Shown in pieces: positions 50,824 through 62,931 of a stretch of 64,000 bases of DNA (the stretch's first letter is position 1; every line of letters begins with the position of its first letter). This DNA comes from Squalus acanthias. Its lineage: Eukaryota. The translations under genes were made by a program, and so were the position numbers. Below the pieces are notes generated by a model. That model made no database searches. It saw nothing but the letters and a program-made list of their open reading frames with translations, and was not told where the DNA came from. The stretch is taken from NCBI GenBank assembly GCA_030390025.1, contig CM059439.1, forward strand, positions 39,246,001 through 39,310,000. Direction: 5' to 3'.

Positions 50824-52323
50824 GTTTAAAAGTTATGAACAAAGCTGGATCAATTTACTGGAATTCTTAGAACTGCGTTTTCTTCTTCAATGCTCTATTT
50901 GCTGAAAATCATAAAAGAACTTTGAGGCAAATTTTCAAATGTCACAAATTGGCGACCTACATTGCAACACCTTTCCATTTAGGGCCAGTTTTCAATAATG
51001 ATGTAAAGTTGCAAGGAATTGTTGGTATATCGGGGATTAAGCATGGGCTGCTGTAAATGATTTATCTGCAAATTATCTACCAGCAGTATCATAGTGAGTT
51101 TGAAAATACCCATTGCCAAAATGATAAGAGGAATCTCGCTGTTTCTGGATAAATTGTCCAGCAGTATGCCAATCGCAACCCTCACTGTGCAATCCCATGG
51201 TAGGTGGTTTCAATTCTAGTTCTCATTGAGATAAATTTCTGTTACTAATTCTGATGTTTCATAAGAGTCTAAATAAGAACATAAGAAAGCAGGGAAGGAG
51301 AAAAGGCCATTCACCCCATCAAACCTGGTCCTTCCACAGAATATGGAATCTACTTTGCTACAGGCACCCATTTGATCACCTGAAGGAAAAATCCTCTGTA
51401 GCCCCTAAAGATAATTAAGCATAATTCCAGAAGATCAATTCATCCTTGTTTCTCCACTATTCATCTGGCTGGTTGCTTTCCACAAATGACATTTCCTTGG
51501 TTTGAACAGGACAGGATGATAAATACAGGGCTAAATATCATATAATTTAATGAATCTAGCTATATAATTTGAGTATCTGGTAGTACCAAATTTCACAGTT
51601 TCCCACAACAGTTTTGCATCTAAAATCAGTAACAATGATTGACAAATTCAGTCAGAATGTTGGACTCAAGTAATTCTAATTGATATAATATGCAGGGGAA
51701 GAGAAATGCAAAGTTTTCAGTGGGAACTGAAGAACTTGTAGGAGCACTTAGATAGTGATTTTGTTACTATTTCTTGTACTTAACTAACTTAACCCCCTTT
51801 TTATTTATACTTATCATTTTGTATTTTTTTCTTCAGCCTTATTCTTCATTTCCATTTGGTTTAATTCCTTTTTCTTTTCCCTCACTATTCTATTTTTTGG
51901 AATATAGGGGAACATATTTATAATTGAATTTGATCTGCCGATCACTAAATCAGGAATAATATTATATCAAAAACCATGGCATGAAGCTTATTGAGAAAGT
52001 CATCAGTTTTCAGCTCAATTGTAGTAAGCAACTTGAAATTGCTATATTCTTGACATTGGCTGCATTTTCCACTGCTACAGAATGCAATGCTGAGATTGAC
52101 TGTGTAATGATATTATGTGCCCTCATAATAGCTTGTGACCCTGTCACAGTTTCTTGAGCTGAATTGGAATGGACATGTGTGAAAAAGGTTCAATTTATGC
52201 CCTTCTTATGCCCTAGGATGTTCAGGTTGAATTTGCACTGGTAGCAATGTGAATTCATCATAAATATCCCAGTACAGAGGAGCTAACTCAGTCCAACACA
52301 TCTGCCGTGCCTCCAGTGACATT

Positions 52324-54068
52324 GGGGGGAATTTTTCGAAAGGTCAGCGGGCGCGTTCAGTGGCGGGTCAGGTGGGAAATTTTTTTCTTGCCACGCGCCT
52401 TTCCCAGATGCTGGGTCTGTCAATGCTGAACAGACCCGACACACAGCGGCAGGGGAGGCAATTCAGGTCATTATGATCTTGTTAACAGCCCATTAAGAAG
52501 TATTTTGAGTTCACCTTTACATTTTACGAGGTCACCCACGGGGTCCACGCTGCTCGGGGATCTCGTCAGGTAAGCAGGTCAGGAGTTGTATGACCATGAA
52601 ATCATCTCATTACTTGACAGGTGAAAATGTGCTATAAAAGCTCCCATCTCACAGCTGTTCACTTTCCAAGCTCAGAAGCTGTTGCTTACTGCATTTGGAA
52701 GACAGATTAAGCTTTATGCAGGTTGCAAGTGTTTGGAGTAAACATTCTATCCAGCGTCACCTCATTGGAACAACCTCTCTCACCAGTGACAGATTGCTTC
52801 TGTCATCTCAAGTTCACCTGCCATCTATTACATCAGCATCGGTGCCCTTGAAACTATCTCACCTTGGTCCTCAGAATCCCACCATGATCATCCCCAACAC
52901 CAGCAGCACCAGGCACACCAGCAGCACCAACAACAACAACAACCTTCTCTGCAATCAACTGATGCTGCACAGGACACAGGGCATCAGCACCCGACCAAAT
53001 TGCTGCCCGGGATGCCAGGGATGGCCTCACCATGGCCAGATTTACTTCACTTGACGCTGCACACCCTGGCTGCCACATGATGCGCCAGGTTGGCACCACA
53101 CCAACACCATAAAGCATCCCTACAATGCCCAAGCCATTCCTTTCATACTCATCACCATTGTGTGGGGTACCGTTATGTCTCACCATTCACTGCAACTCAC
53201 TAAGCCACTTCCAAAGGTGCACACAGATCTGTCCAAGAAGGCAGTGTTGAAAATAAAGGTTTCAATGTTTGACACCACATTAACAGAAACTTCACATGAA
53301 CATTGCATAAAACACCCAAGTGCCTACCCTTGTGTGTTGTTAGTTGGTATGATTGGACTAGGATGAGGGTGAGTGTGAGGGGTGGCTAGTGAGATGGGGA
53401 AGTGATAATGTAGATAGAGAGGGATGGGTGGAGGTGCAAGGTAAGTTGGTGTGAGTAAGGATGTGCAGGAGTAGGGTAGGGAAGGCAGAGTGATGGGGAT
53501 GTGATGAGTGGCACAGCAGGATGAGGTTGCGTGTGGCTTTGTACTAACGTTTCGTGATCTACTGAGATCATTGAAAGGTTTGCGCCACTGCAGCCTGGTC
53601 CTCCTGATGACATCCCAGCTTGTGTCCTCTTGTGCAATGTGCAACCAGGCTGTGTTGGTCTCCTGGGGAGGACTCTTCCGCCCATTAGAAGGGAAGAGAA
53701 CCTCCCTGCGTGCTGTGACTCCCTCCATAAGCATATGGAGGGAGTCATGGGAAAGCCTGGGTGCAGCCGTGCACCTCTGTGCAGTGCTTGTCAGTGTTTG
53801 CAGCACCTCAATGCTGTAGAACACTGACAGCACAACTGTCAAAATCAATTTGCGCATGGTCCCTTTAAGGAAACCGGTTGATGACGCGTCATCAAATGAT
53901 GTAATCAGACCTGCTTCCTTCAATTGGCCGGGAAACACGCTGGGCAGGCTTAACAAGCCCAATCAGGGGAAAATAATTTTGGACAGCAGGCTGGAGCCAG
54001 CCGTGGGGTTGGGACCCGCCACCGACATCGCCCGCCACGGACCCGCCGAGGTTGGTAAAATCCAGCCC
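52324..54068. mobile_element. Complete non-autonomous PIF/Harbinger element with convergent transposase and Myb-like remnants
   Basis: TIRs ggggggaatttt and aaaatccagccc, with a 3-bp ATT duplication on both sides. Putative transposase N- and C-terminal remnants at about 52850-53054 (+) and a Myb/SANT-like exon (-). Confidence 0.85.
53549..53813 (-). pseudogene. Harbinger Myb/SANT-like (trihelix, NAIF1/MSANTD-type) DNA-binding protein exon
   Basis: APRLSHDSLHMLMEGVTARREVLFPSNGRK...AWLHIAQE...RRTRLQWRKPFNDLSR fits the W..IA..V...R...QC.K.W.DL pattern. Flanked by a ttctacAG acceptor and a GTTAGT donor. Confidence 0.75.
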
Positions 54069-54114
54069 ATTGTCTGAGCAGATTGTCTGGTGCAGACCAG
54101 CACCTCAGAAATAA

Positions 54115-54195
54115 GAACACAAAATGCTGGAAACACTCAGCAGGCCAGTCAACATCTGTGGAGAGAAAAGACGTTTGAGGGATGGACCCAAGATT
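54115..54195 (-). mobile_element. Penelope-like terminal remnant
   Basis: Reverse complement of the 39190-39247 segment (aaatgctggaaacactcagcaggcc...tggagagaaa). Confidence 0.6.
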
Positions 54196-54588
54196 CCAGC
54201 TGTTTTTATTTTTGTTTTGATGTTTCTGGTAGATTTAAATTTCTTTCCCTTTTGCTTTATCTACTTTTTCCCCCTCAAACCCATTTCTGCCAGATGTTTC
54301 CAAACAGAAAACACTGGAGGCACTTGTTGAGAAAACATGAGTCAGTTGACATTTCAAGTATAAACAGTACAGATGAACAGCATTTAAGAAGGAAGAGAAC
54401 AAGAGACAGGAGGAAGGGTAATAAAAAAAAACCTCACACACACAATGACCACACACACAGGAAAATACATAGAATGACCTGTAAAGTGCTATAGTGGTTA
54501 AACGAAATGGTTAAACAGCAAGCATGATATGCCTAAGAGACAAAAGGAAGCATAATGAGAGAAATCAAAGACATATTTAACACACACA

Positions 54589-55408
54589 GGGCGCAATATT
54601 GCCAGCCCTGAGGAGGCGGGACTGCCGGGAAAATGGCAGAATTTGGGGGCGGGTGCCCAGCCTCAGTGCCATCTTGCCAGGAGGCGGGTAGCCGTCCCGC
54701 GCCGGGTCCCGTCTCCTTGGAGATGGGAAGGGGATTAGTGCCACTTATCTGACTGTTAACAGGTAGTTAACAGGCAGATAAGAGGATTATCCCCATTTTA
54801 CCCACAAAAGTGTGGGCTTCCCGAAGGCTCCGAACCCCGCCAGGGTCACCGAGGCGAGCAGTGGGTCTGCGGGGATCGGAGGGGTCCAAAAGTGCGCTGT
54901 GAAGGTAAGTGATGGGTGCAAGTGTGGAGAGGTGAGTATGTGAGGTAAGTGGAAAGTGTTAGAAAAAGTGTACTTACCTTTGTTTCTTCCTGCAGGCTTC
55001 AATCGTTGGGGATGCAGAGAGTCTTGCACCTCCGCGGCAGAGATGACAGATGGTTGTTGCATTCTCCAATGCAACAACCATCTAATTTCTGCAAAAGAAA
55101 GAGGTTTGATGAGGTTTTGAATTCAAGAACTCATCAAACTACAGAGAATGTCACTGTTTGACAGCTTCACAGAGCTGTCAAACGATGACAATTCATCTGT
55201 CAAAATTTTTTGACAGATGAAACATCATACCTTGACGTTCTCTGTAACCAGCTTTCCCTTAATTGGCCTGCTAAACCTGCTGGGCGGGCTTAACAAGGTC
55301 AATCAAGGGAAAATAGCGTGGGATGGCCACAAATTGATGGAGGCGGGACATCAACCCGCCAAGCAGTAGTCCCGCCTCCAACGTGCCCCCATTAACAAAA
55401 TCACCCCC
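54589..55408. mobile_element. Harbinger-type MITE
   Basis: Termini gggcgcaatatt and aaaatcaccccc, with ACA on both flanks. Right subterminal aattggcc..gggcgggcttaacaag..ggaaaat is shared with 53920-53980. Confidence 0.65.
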
Positions 55409-55689
55409 ACAGTGTGAGAAGAGCTACAGGGGGATAGGTAGGTGGCATGGGAAGCATGAAAAACTGGCAAAGTGGAGCAGGCTCCTGGAGTCTGATGGAA
55501 AAAAAAAGTAGATCGACACCAAGAGTGCAGACCACCCCGCCAGCACGGTCTTGTGACAAGGGGGTGGAGATCTCCACCCCTAGCACCAACCTGCTCACCT
55601 CCCTCCCTGGAAACGACAGGACAGCCATCCCACATTGTCAGGAGAGGAATCACACTTTATTGGACATTTGCTCCAGTTCTAGGACAGGT

Positions 55690-56117
55690 CATAGAATCAT
55701 AGAATCATAGAAGATAGGAGCAGGAGCAGGCCATTCGGCCCCTCTAGCCTGCTCCGCCATTCAATGCGATCATGGCTGATCATCCAAATTCAGTACCCTG
55801 TCCCTGCTTTCTCCCCATATCCCTTGATCCCTTTAGCCTTAAGAAATATATCGAACTCCTTCTTGAATCTATTTAATGAATTGGCCTCTACTGCCTTCTG
55901 TGGCAGAGAATTCCACAGGTTCACCACTCTCTGGGTGAAGAAATTCCTCCTCATTTCTGCCCTAAATGGCTTACCCCTTATCCTTAGACTGTGACCCCTG
56001 GTTCTGGACTCCCCGACCATCGGGAACATCCTTCCTGCATCTAGTTTGTCCTGTCCTGTCAGAATTTTATAGGTTTCAATGAGATCCCCTCTCATTCTTC
56101 TAAACTCCAGCGAGTAT
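55690..56117 (-). mobile_element. CR1 3' end
   Basis: LYSLEFRRMRGDLIETYKIL...NFFTQRVVNLWNSLPQ and (catagaat)n tail. Confidence 0.9.
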
Positions 56118-56957
56118 AAGAGAGATTCCTGCAAGAATGAGCTTTATCTGACAGGGAGGGAATGGCGAAAATTCAATATAAAAACTAGAATTCCTGATTG
56201 GATTAGGGCAGATTTTAGAAAGATGAGGAGCAAGCTAGCTGAGGTGAGATGGAGGGAGAAATTGGCGCAGAGTGATTTTTTTTCAAAAAGAGATTGTAAA
56301 GGTACAGAATAAGTATATTCCATTAAAAAAGAAGGAAACTACAAGTAGTTTCAGGATGCTATGGATAAATAAAGAAGTTAGTGGTGCTGTCACTGAGCCA
56401 CCTGAAGTTTTTGATGTGATTTCACCCATGCAACATATTTTATAGTTCCCCCATCTTTTCCAAAATACCTTGGTGCCTCTTAAATTTATTTCTAAAGAAA
56501 ACAAGCAAGCCTGAAAGTGACTGCTGACGCTCCTCTTGGGCTAGCTCCTAGAAGGTGTGAAAGTGACACAGAGTGTCTTGCCTTCCAATTTCCTCCTTCC
56601 TCACTCTCTGCATAAGCACCCAACCTCCACTCTGATGTATGACAACTGTCTGAAGACCAAACTGCTATACACATTACACAGCTCAGGATATATATTAAAT
56701 CTCTTCTCCTCTCATGGGTTTATTAAATAGAAAGACTATTATGACTGTATTGTATGAAGAATTATTGTTCTTATCACATGCGTCAAAGACTTTTATCAAA
56801 TGGTAGTACTCAGCATATCTTGTACTACAACGGAATCTTGTGTTCATTCCACTGGTTAAGAATGCAATGTTTTTTCACATTAACCGATAGCGATACTGTT
56901 TTTCTTCCTAATTATCTCTCTCTTTTTCCTTGAAGGATCTTGACCTTCTGATTCCGT

Positions 56958-57530
56958 GGGGGGAATTTTAACCCCCAAAAATGGGTGGGTTTGGGTTGGG
57001 TAAAGAGGCTAAAGTGTTAAAAATCTAAATCCCGACCCCAACCCACCTCCAACCTGCCCACTTCCGGTTTTAATGGAGGAGGGACAGGGGGCGGGCAATC
57101 AACCCGCCCGCAGGAGGCGGGTTGGCAATTTAAATATTATAATGAGGCTGCATGCCTCATATTGATTCACGATTTCAAATTTAACTCTGGCCAGCTGGAT
57201 CTTCCGTGCCTTGGGAAACCCACTGGCTAAAGGGAGGCGAGGACTGCTGGATTCAGGAGGTAAAGTGCCTTTCCACTTACCTGCTGGTTACAGCGTACAT
57301 GCCTCGCCAACCCCCCGCAATCGGACACCCACATTCCGATCTCCACCCGACCTCCCCCACGAGGCCTCCGACCTCCCACACATGGCCTCTGATTTCACAC
57401 ACCCGGCCCCCAATCTCCAAACCCCCCGCCGGCCTCCAATCCCAAGGCCTCTGATCTCTGATCCCTCCCCCCACTGGCCTCCGATGTTTCTGCCTACTTA
57501 CCACTCCTGAAAATCACCATCACTATGATG
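56958..57530. mobile_element. G/C-rich MITE, inverted relative to 33350-34343
   Basis: Terminus ggggggaattttaacccc and shared internal blocks in reverse complement. Confidence 0.7.
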
Positions 57531-57892
57531 AGCCTGTATGGTGCCCCACAGGTGAGAAGAGATGATATCGCTAAGGGTCAGCATGTAGATGAGGAAGAGG
57601 AGGAGACCAAGGACAGATCCTTGGGGAGCTCCAGAGGGAATGGTGTCAGGGTGGAAAGAGAGGTCATTGTTGGAGATGCTCTGGTGAGGGCAATGCCACT
57701 GAGCTAGACAATGGAGGAAAGACAGTGGACGAAGATGGTGTGGTCGACCATGTCAAAGGCTGCAGAGAGGAGGGATAGTGCACCATGTCATAGTTCACAG
57801 AGGATGGCATTTGTGCTTTTTGTTAGGGCTGTCTCAGAGCTATGGCAGGGGTGGAAATCTGATTGGAGAAATACAAACATGGAGTAATAAGA

Positions 57893-59930
57893 AGAACAAC
57901 AACAACAACTTGTATTTATACAGCGCTTTTAACGTAGTAAAATGTCCCAAGGTACTTCACAGGAGTTTTATAAGTCAAAATATTTGACACTGAGCCACAT
58001 AAGGAGAAATTAGGGCAGGTGACCAAAAGCTTGGTCAAAGAGGTAGGTTTTAAGGAGCACCTTAAAGGAGGAAAGAGAGGAAGCTAGGCGGAGAGGTTTA
58101 GGCAGGGAATTCCAGAGCTTAGGGCCTAGGCAGCTGAAGGCACGGCCACCAATGGTTGAGTGATTATAATCAGGGATGCTCAAGAGGCCAGAATTAGAGG
58201 AGCGCAGATATCTCGGGCGGTTGTGGGGCTGAAAGAGATTACAGAGATAGGGAGAGGCGAGGCCATGGAGGGATTTGAAAACAAGGATGAGAATTTTGAA
58301 ATCAAGGCGTTGCTTAACCGGGAGCCAATATAGGTCAGCGAGCACAGGGGTGATGGATGAACGGGACTTGGTGCAAGTTAGGACATGGGCAGCCGAGTTT
58401 TGGATGACCTCAAGTTTACGTAGGGTAGAACATGGGAGGTCAGCCAGGCATGCATTGGAATAGTCAAGTCTAGAGGTAACAAAGGCATGGATGAGGGTTT
58501 CAGCAGTGGATGAGCTGAGGCAAGGGTGGAGACCGGCAATGTTACGGAGGTGGAAATAAGCGATCTTAGTTATGCTGTGGATATGTGGTCGGAAGCTCAT
58601 TTCAGGGTCAAATATGACACCAAGGTTGCGAACAGTGTGGTTCAACCTCAGACAAATGCTAGGGAGAGGTCCCACCCAGCTGGACGACGGTGGAGAGCCG
58701 CTGGAGTAGGATGGAGTGGTCAACCGTGTCAAAGGCTGCAGACAAGTCAAGAAGAATGAGGAGGGATAGTTTACCTTTGTCACAGTCACAAAGGATGTCA
58801 TTTGTGACTTTGCTGAGAGCTGTTTTGGTACTGTGGCGGAGCCGGAAACCTGATTGGAGGGATTCAAAGATGGAGTTGCGGGAAAGATGGGCACGGATTT
58901 GGGAGGCGACAACACGTTCAAGGACTTTGGAGAGGAAAGGGAGGTTGAAGATGGGGCAGTAGTTTGCAAGGACGGATGGGTCACGGGTTGGTTTTTTGAG
59001 GGGAGGGGTGATGATGGCAGATTTGAGAGAGAGGGGGACAGTACCTGAGGAGAGAGAACCATTAACAATGTCAGCTAACATGGGAACCAGAAAAGGAAGT
59101 TGGGTGTTCAGCAGTTTGGTGGGAATAGGGTTAAGGGAGCAGGAAGTGGGTCTCATGGACAAGCTGAGCGCGGAGAGATCATGAGGGGAGATCAGAGAGA
59201 AACTGGAGAAAGATGTGAGTTCAGGGCTATTGCAAGGGGGAACCTTAGAGAAAGTTTGGCCCGGTGGGCTAGGGGAACTGAACGGATGGTCTCAATCTTA
59301 GAATCAAAGAAGTCTATGAGCTCCTCATACTTGTTGTCGGAGGTGAGGGTGGAGGAGACAGGGGAGAGGGGTTTAAGAAGACGGTTAGCTGTGGAGAATA
59401 GAAGCCGGGGTTTATCTTTGCATTCCAGAACGATTCTGGAATAGTGAGCAATTTTGGCAGATGAGAGCAGGACCCGATAATGCTTCATGTGGTCCAGCCA
59501 GATCTTGCGGTGAATGGCTAAACCAGTTGTCCGTCATATCCATTCAAGTCTGCGTCCCTTGGACTTAAGGGAGCGAAGGTGAGGGCCGTACCGGGGGGAA
59601 CGGCCAGGGTGAGGGAGAGAAATTGTTTTTATAGGGACTAGGGCATCAAAGGTCATGGTGAGGGTGTGGTTAAGCAGATCGGTAGCTGCAGAAATGTCAT
59701 GGTGAATGGAAGGTCAAAGGCTGGACAGTTGGGATTTCATAAGTGCAGTTGTAAGAGAGTTGGGAGAGGATTTTTTCCAGGGGCGGACACGGTGATGTGG
59801 GTGGCGAGCGATACAAGGAAGAGGTCAGAGATGGCCTTATCTGCGATTGACACGATGGGAGTAGCGAGGCCACGAGAGATGGCAAGGTCGAGGGGATGGC
59901 CGTGAATATGGGTTGGGGAGTTTACGTGGA
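57893..59930 (-). mobile_element. L2 LINE, 5'-truncated, with an internal deletion in the RT
   Basis: QSGFR, LLDLSAAFDTVDHSILL, VRNLGVIFD and HAFVTSRLDYSN motifs; (aac)n tail. The RT middle including the catalytic DD motif is missing at a junction near 58660. Confidence 0.9.
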
Positions 59931-60076
59931 AAAATGGGCATGGATTTCAGAGGTGACAACATGTTCAAGGACTTTGGAGAGGAAATGGAGGTTGTAGATG
60001 GGGCACACCAAATTGGCAGACATGTACATGCTTGCTATCATATTCATTATTCTCCATTATAGTGCTATTTCTTATT

Positions 60077-61320
60077 ACATAGAATTACATATGACTACAT
60101 AGAATATACAGCACAGAAACAGGCCATTCTGCTTAACCAGTCTATGCCTGTGTTTATGCTCCACTCGAGCCTCCTCCCGTCTTTCCTCATCTAACCCTAT
60201 CAGCATAACTCTCTATTCCCTTCTCTCTCATATGCTTATCTAACCGCCCCTTAAATGCATCTATACTATTCGCTTCAACCACTCCCTGTTCCACAGTTCC
60301 ACATTCTTACCACTCTATGGGTAAATCTTCTCTGCACCCTCTCCAGTGCCTCTATATCCTTTTTAAAATATGGCGACCAGAATTGCACGTAGTACTCCAA
60401 GTGTGGTCTAACCAAGGTTCGATACAAGTTTAGCATAACTTCACTACTTTTCAATTCTATCCCTCTGGAAATAAACCCTAGTGCTTGGTTTGCTTTTTTA
60501 TGGCCTTGTTAACCTGTGTTGATACTTTTTGTGATTTGTGTATTTGTACTCCTAGATCCCTTTGTTCCTCTACCCCATTTAGATTCTTATATTCCAAGTA
60601 ATATGTGACCTCCCTATTTTTCTTACCAAAATGTAATACCTCACATTTATCTGTGTTGAAATTAATTTGCCAATTATATGTACATTCTGCAAGTTTATTA
60701 ATGTCTTCTTGTAATTTGTTGCAGTCCTCCTCAGTATTGACTATCCCGCCCCCATCCACCCCCCGCAATTTGGTGTCGTCCACAAATTTAGAAATTGTGT
60801 TTTTGATTCCAAAGTCTAAATCATTAATATAAATTGTGAACAACAGTGGTCCCAGCACTGATCCTTGTGGAAAACCACTTCCCACCTTCTGCCACCTGAA
60901 TAGTTACCCTTTACTCCCACTCTCTGTTTTCTGTCTTGAAGCCAGCTAGCTATCCATTCTGCTACTTGTCCCCTGACTCCACATTCCCTGACCTTATTCA
61001 TTAGTCTATTATGTGGTACCTTATTGAAGGCCTTTTGAAAATCTAGGTAAATTCTGTCTACTACATTACCCTTGTCCACTCTCTCTGTTACCTTTTCAAA
61101 ATATTCAGTTAGGTTGGTCAAGCAAGACTTTCCCTTTTGAAATCCATGCTGACTATTTATTATATTTTTCGTTTCTAGATGTTCTTCTATTTTCTCCTTT
61201 AGTAGGGATTCCATTATTTTTCCTACCACCGATGTTAAGCTTATAGTTCCTTGGACATGTTCTATCTCCCTTCTTAAATATAGGTATTACGTAGCTATCC
61301 GCCAGTCCTCTGGCACTACA
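60077..61320 (-). mobile_element. CR1 LINE RT and 3' fragments
   Basis: SQHGFQKGKSCLTNL, IYLDFQKAFNKVPH, QGSVLGPLLFTIYINDL and KFVDDTKL motifs. Confidence 0.9.
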
Positions 61321-62022
61321 CCTATTACTGTGCTAAAAATTGTTTTCACTCATGACCCTAACCTCTTATTCTTACATGGTACTACTTCAGTGCCAGGAAG
61401 TTGTGAGGTTTTTAGTTGGAACTGTACCGACGAAGCCCTCGAGGACAGAGGTGGCACTCATCTCAGTGATAAAAATGTCCTTGTAGGGACTGCTTCCAGA
61501 TTCATATCACTTGCGCAAACAATGCTTACAGGGCCCAGGCCAGAAGTTCCCTCCTGTGCTGGCATTGGAAGGGATCCAGTGACACAGGCGCATTGTCACT
61601 GCCATAAGAAGTAGCGACATCTGTAACCACTCCTTGCTGCCCACTAGTGCTGTATAGTTGCCTTGGCCAACCTGGTGAGGTCATTAAAACTTATTTACCA
61701 AAATCAGCTACTGCAGATAATCCCAATTTCCCTCCCTGCCAGCAGCAAGGACCCAGTCATGAGCATGATTCCCGCTCCAATCCTGCCCTGCATATGAAGT
61801 CAGGTCTTCCCAAGGAAAATGTAGTCAAATGGTGATGGGATCACATAGCCAGGTGGAAGTCCTGCTCCACCATCTCTTTGAAGATCTCGGAAAATCCAAA
61901 CCTCTGCATCCCACTTTCATGAGGTTTGACTTCTGTGCACAGTGCTATTTCTGTGCAGCTGCCAGCGATGCTGTAATTCTCCTTCTCTCCAAGCTCCAGA
62001 GAGTCCAGGACCTTCCAACTAC

Positions 62023-62156
62023 CTAATTGTCCCCACCGCCTCATGGATCCAAATTCCATTACGACTGGGGTAAAGCTGCTAAATATGCCACAGGTTTAGT
62101 ACCAATCTGCCTGGAGATAACCGCGATTGTGGCAATAAAGCTGTTTGGTAGCAAAG
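62023..62156. repeat. 134-bp direct repeat, copy 1
   Basis: Aligns without gaps to 62798-62931, with about 7 substitutions counted by eye. Confidence 0.9.
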
Positions 62157-62797
62157 TTACCCTCAATAAGAAGCAAACACACAGGACTTTGCTAGTATTA
62201 TGCCTCACTGCGCAATCGTCAGAACCTGGAGTTAATCAAAGCTAACTACTTAAAGACTGATAGTGGCAAGTGTGACCAGAAATCCCCTGGAGACAGGCTA
62301 ACCTTACTCTTTGTATTCCAGATTTCAGGAGGGGATAACAATATCATCAAGCTCCAGTGTTCAGCCTAAACTAGTTGAACTAGATGGTGATGGGGAGTCT
62401 AGTTTACTCTCAAATAGTAACCAATAACATTCCATGATTGGCCAGCAAGAACTGCACTTTGGGTGAGTTTTAACAGGCTATCTCTGCCTCTAAGATGGAG
62501 TACACTATTATAATGTGACTTAGTTCTGAATTTATTTTTAATTACACTCATATTAATTACATATGTAATCAAACTCTGGGCTTCTGGGTCAGTGTTTAAT
62601 ATCGGATTCTGTAGCAAGAAAACATAACAACAGAAGTCTAACAACGTGGATATAACGTGGATATAACAGATGAAAACTCTCTCCCTGTGGTGGTAATTTA
62701 GGTTTATTGTCTGGGCTGCTAAGCTGCCCTCATGAGAATCGATGATCTTTCTCAACAAATTTATTCACCTCGTCTTCTTCGCAGAAAAAATAAAGCA

Positions 62798-62931
62798 CTA
62801 TTTGTCCCTACCGTCTCATGGATCCAAATTCCATTACGACTGGGGTAAAGCTGCTAAATATGCCGCAGGTTTAGTACCAATCTGCCTGGAGATAACACCG
62901 ATTGTGGCTATAAAGCTGTTTGGTAGCAAAG
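62798..62931. repeat. 134-bp direct repeat, copy 2
   Basis: Aligns without gaps to 62023-62156. Confidence 0.9.

Noticed and set aside
58010-59068. 352-aa ORF as an intact protein
   Set aside because: It is a chimera of an off-frame L2 segment and the L2 ORF2 C-terminus, created by an internal deletion.
61400-62020. Possible degenerate L1/Tx1 ORF2 C-terminus on the minus strand
   Set aside because: Only vague motif resemblance, which cannot be supported without a profile search.
62024-62156. Minus-strand H/ACA snoRNA (ends ggggACAatt, about 130 nt)
   Set aside because: There is no ANANNA H box at the hinge, and the stem variants are G-U compatible only on the + strand. Kept only as an unexplained structured repeat.
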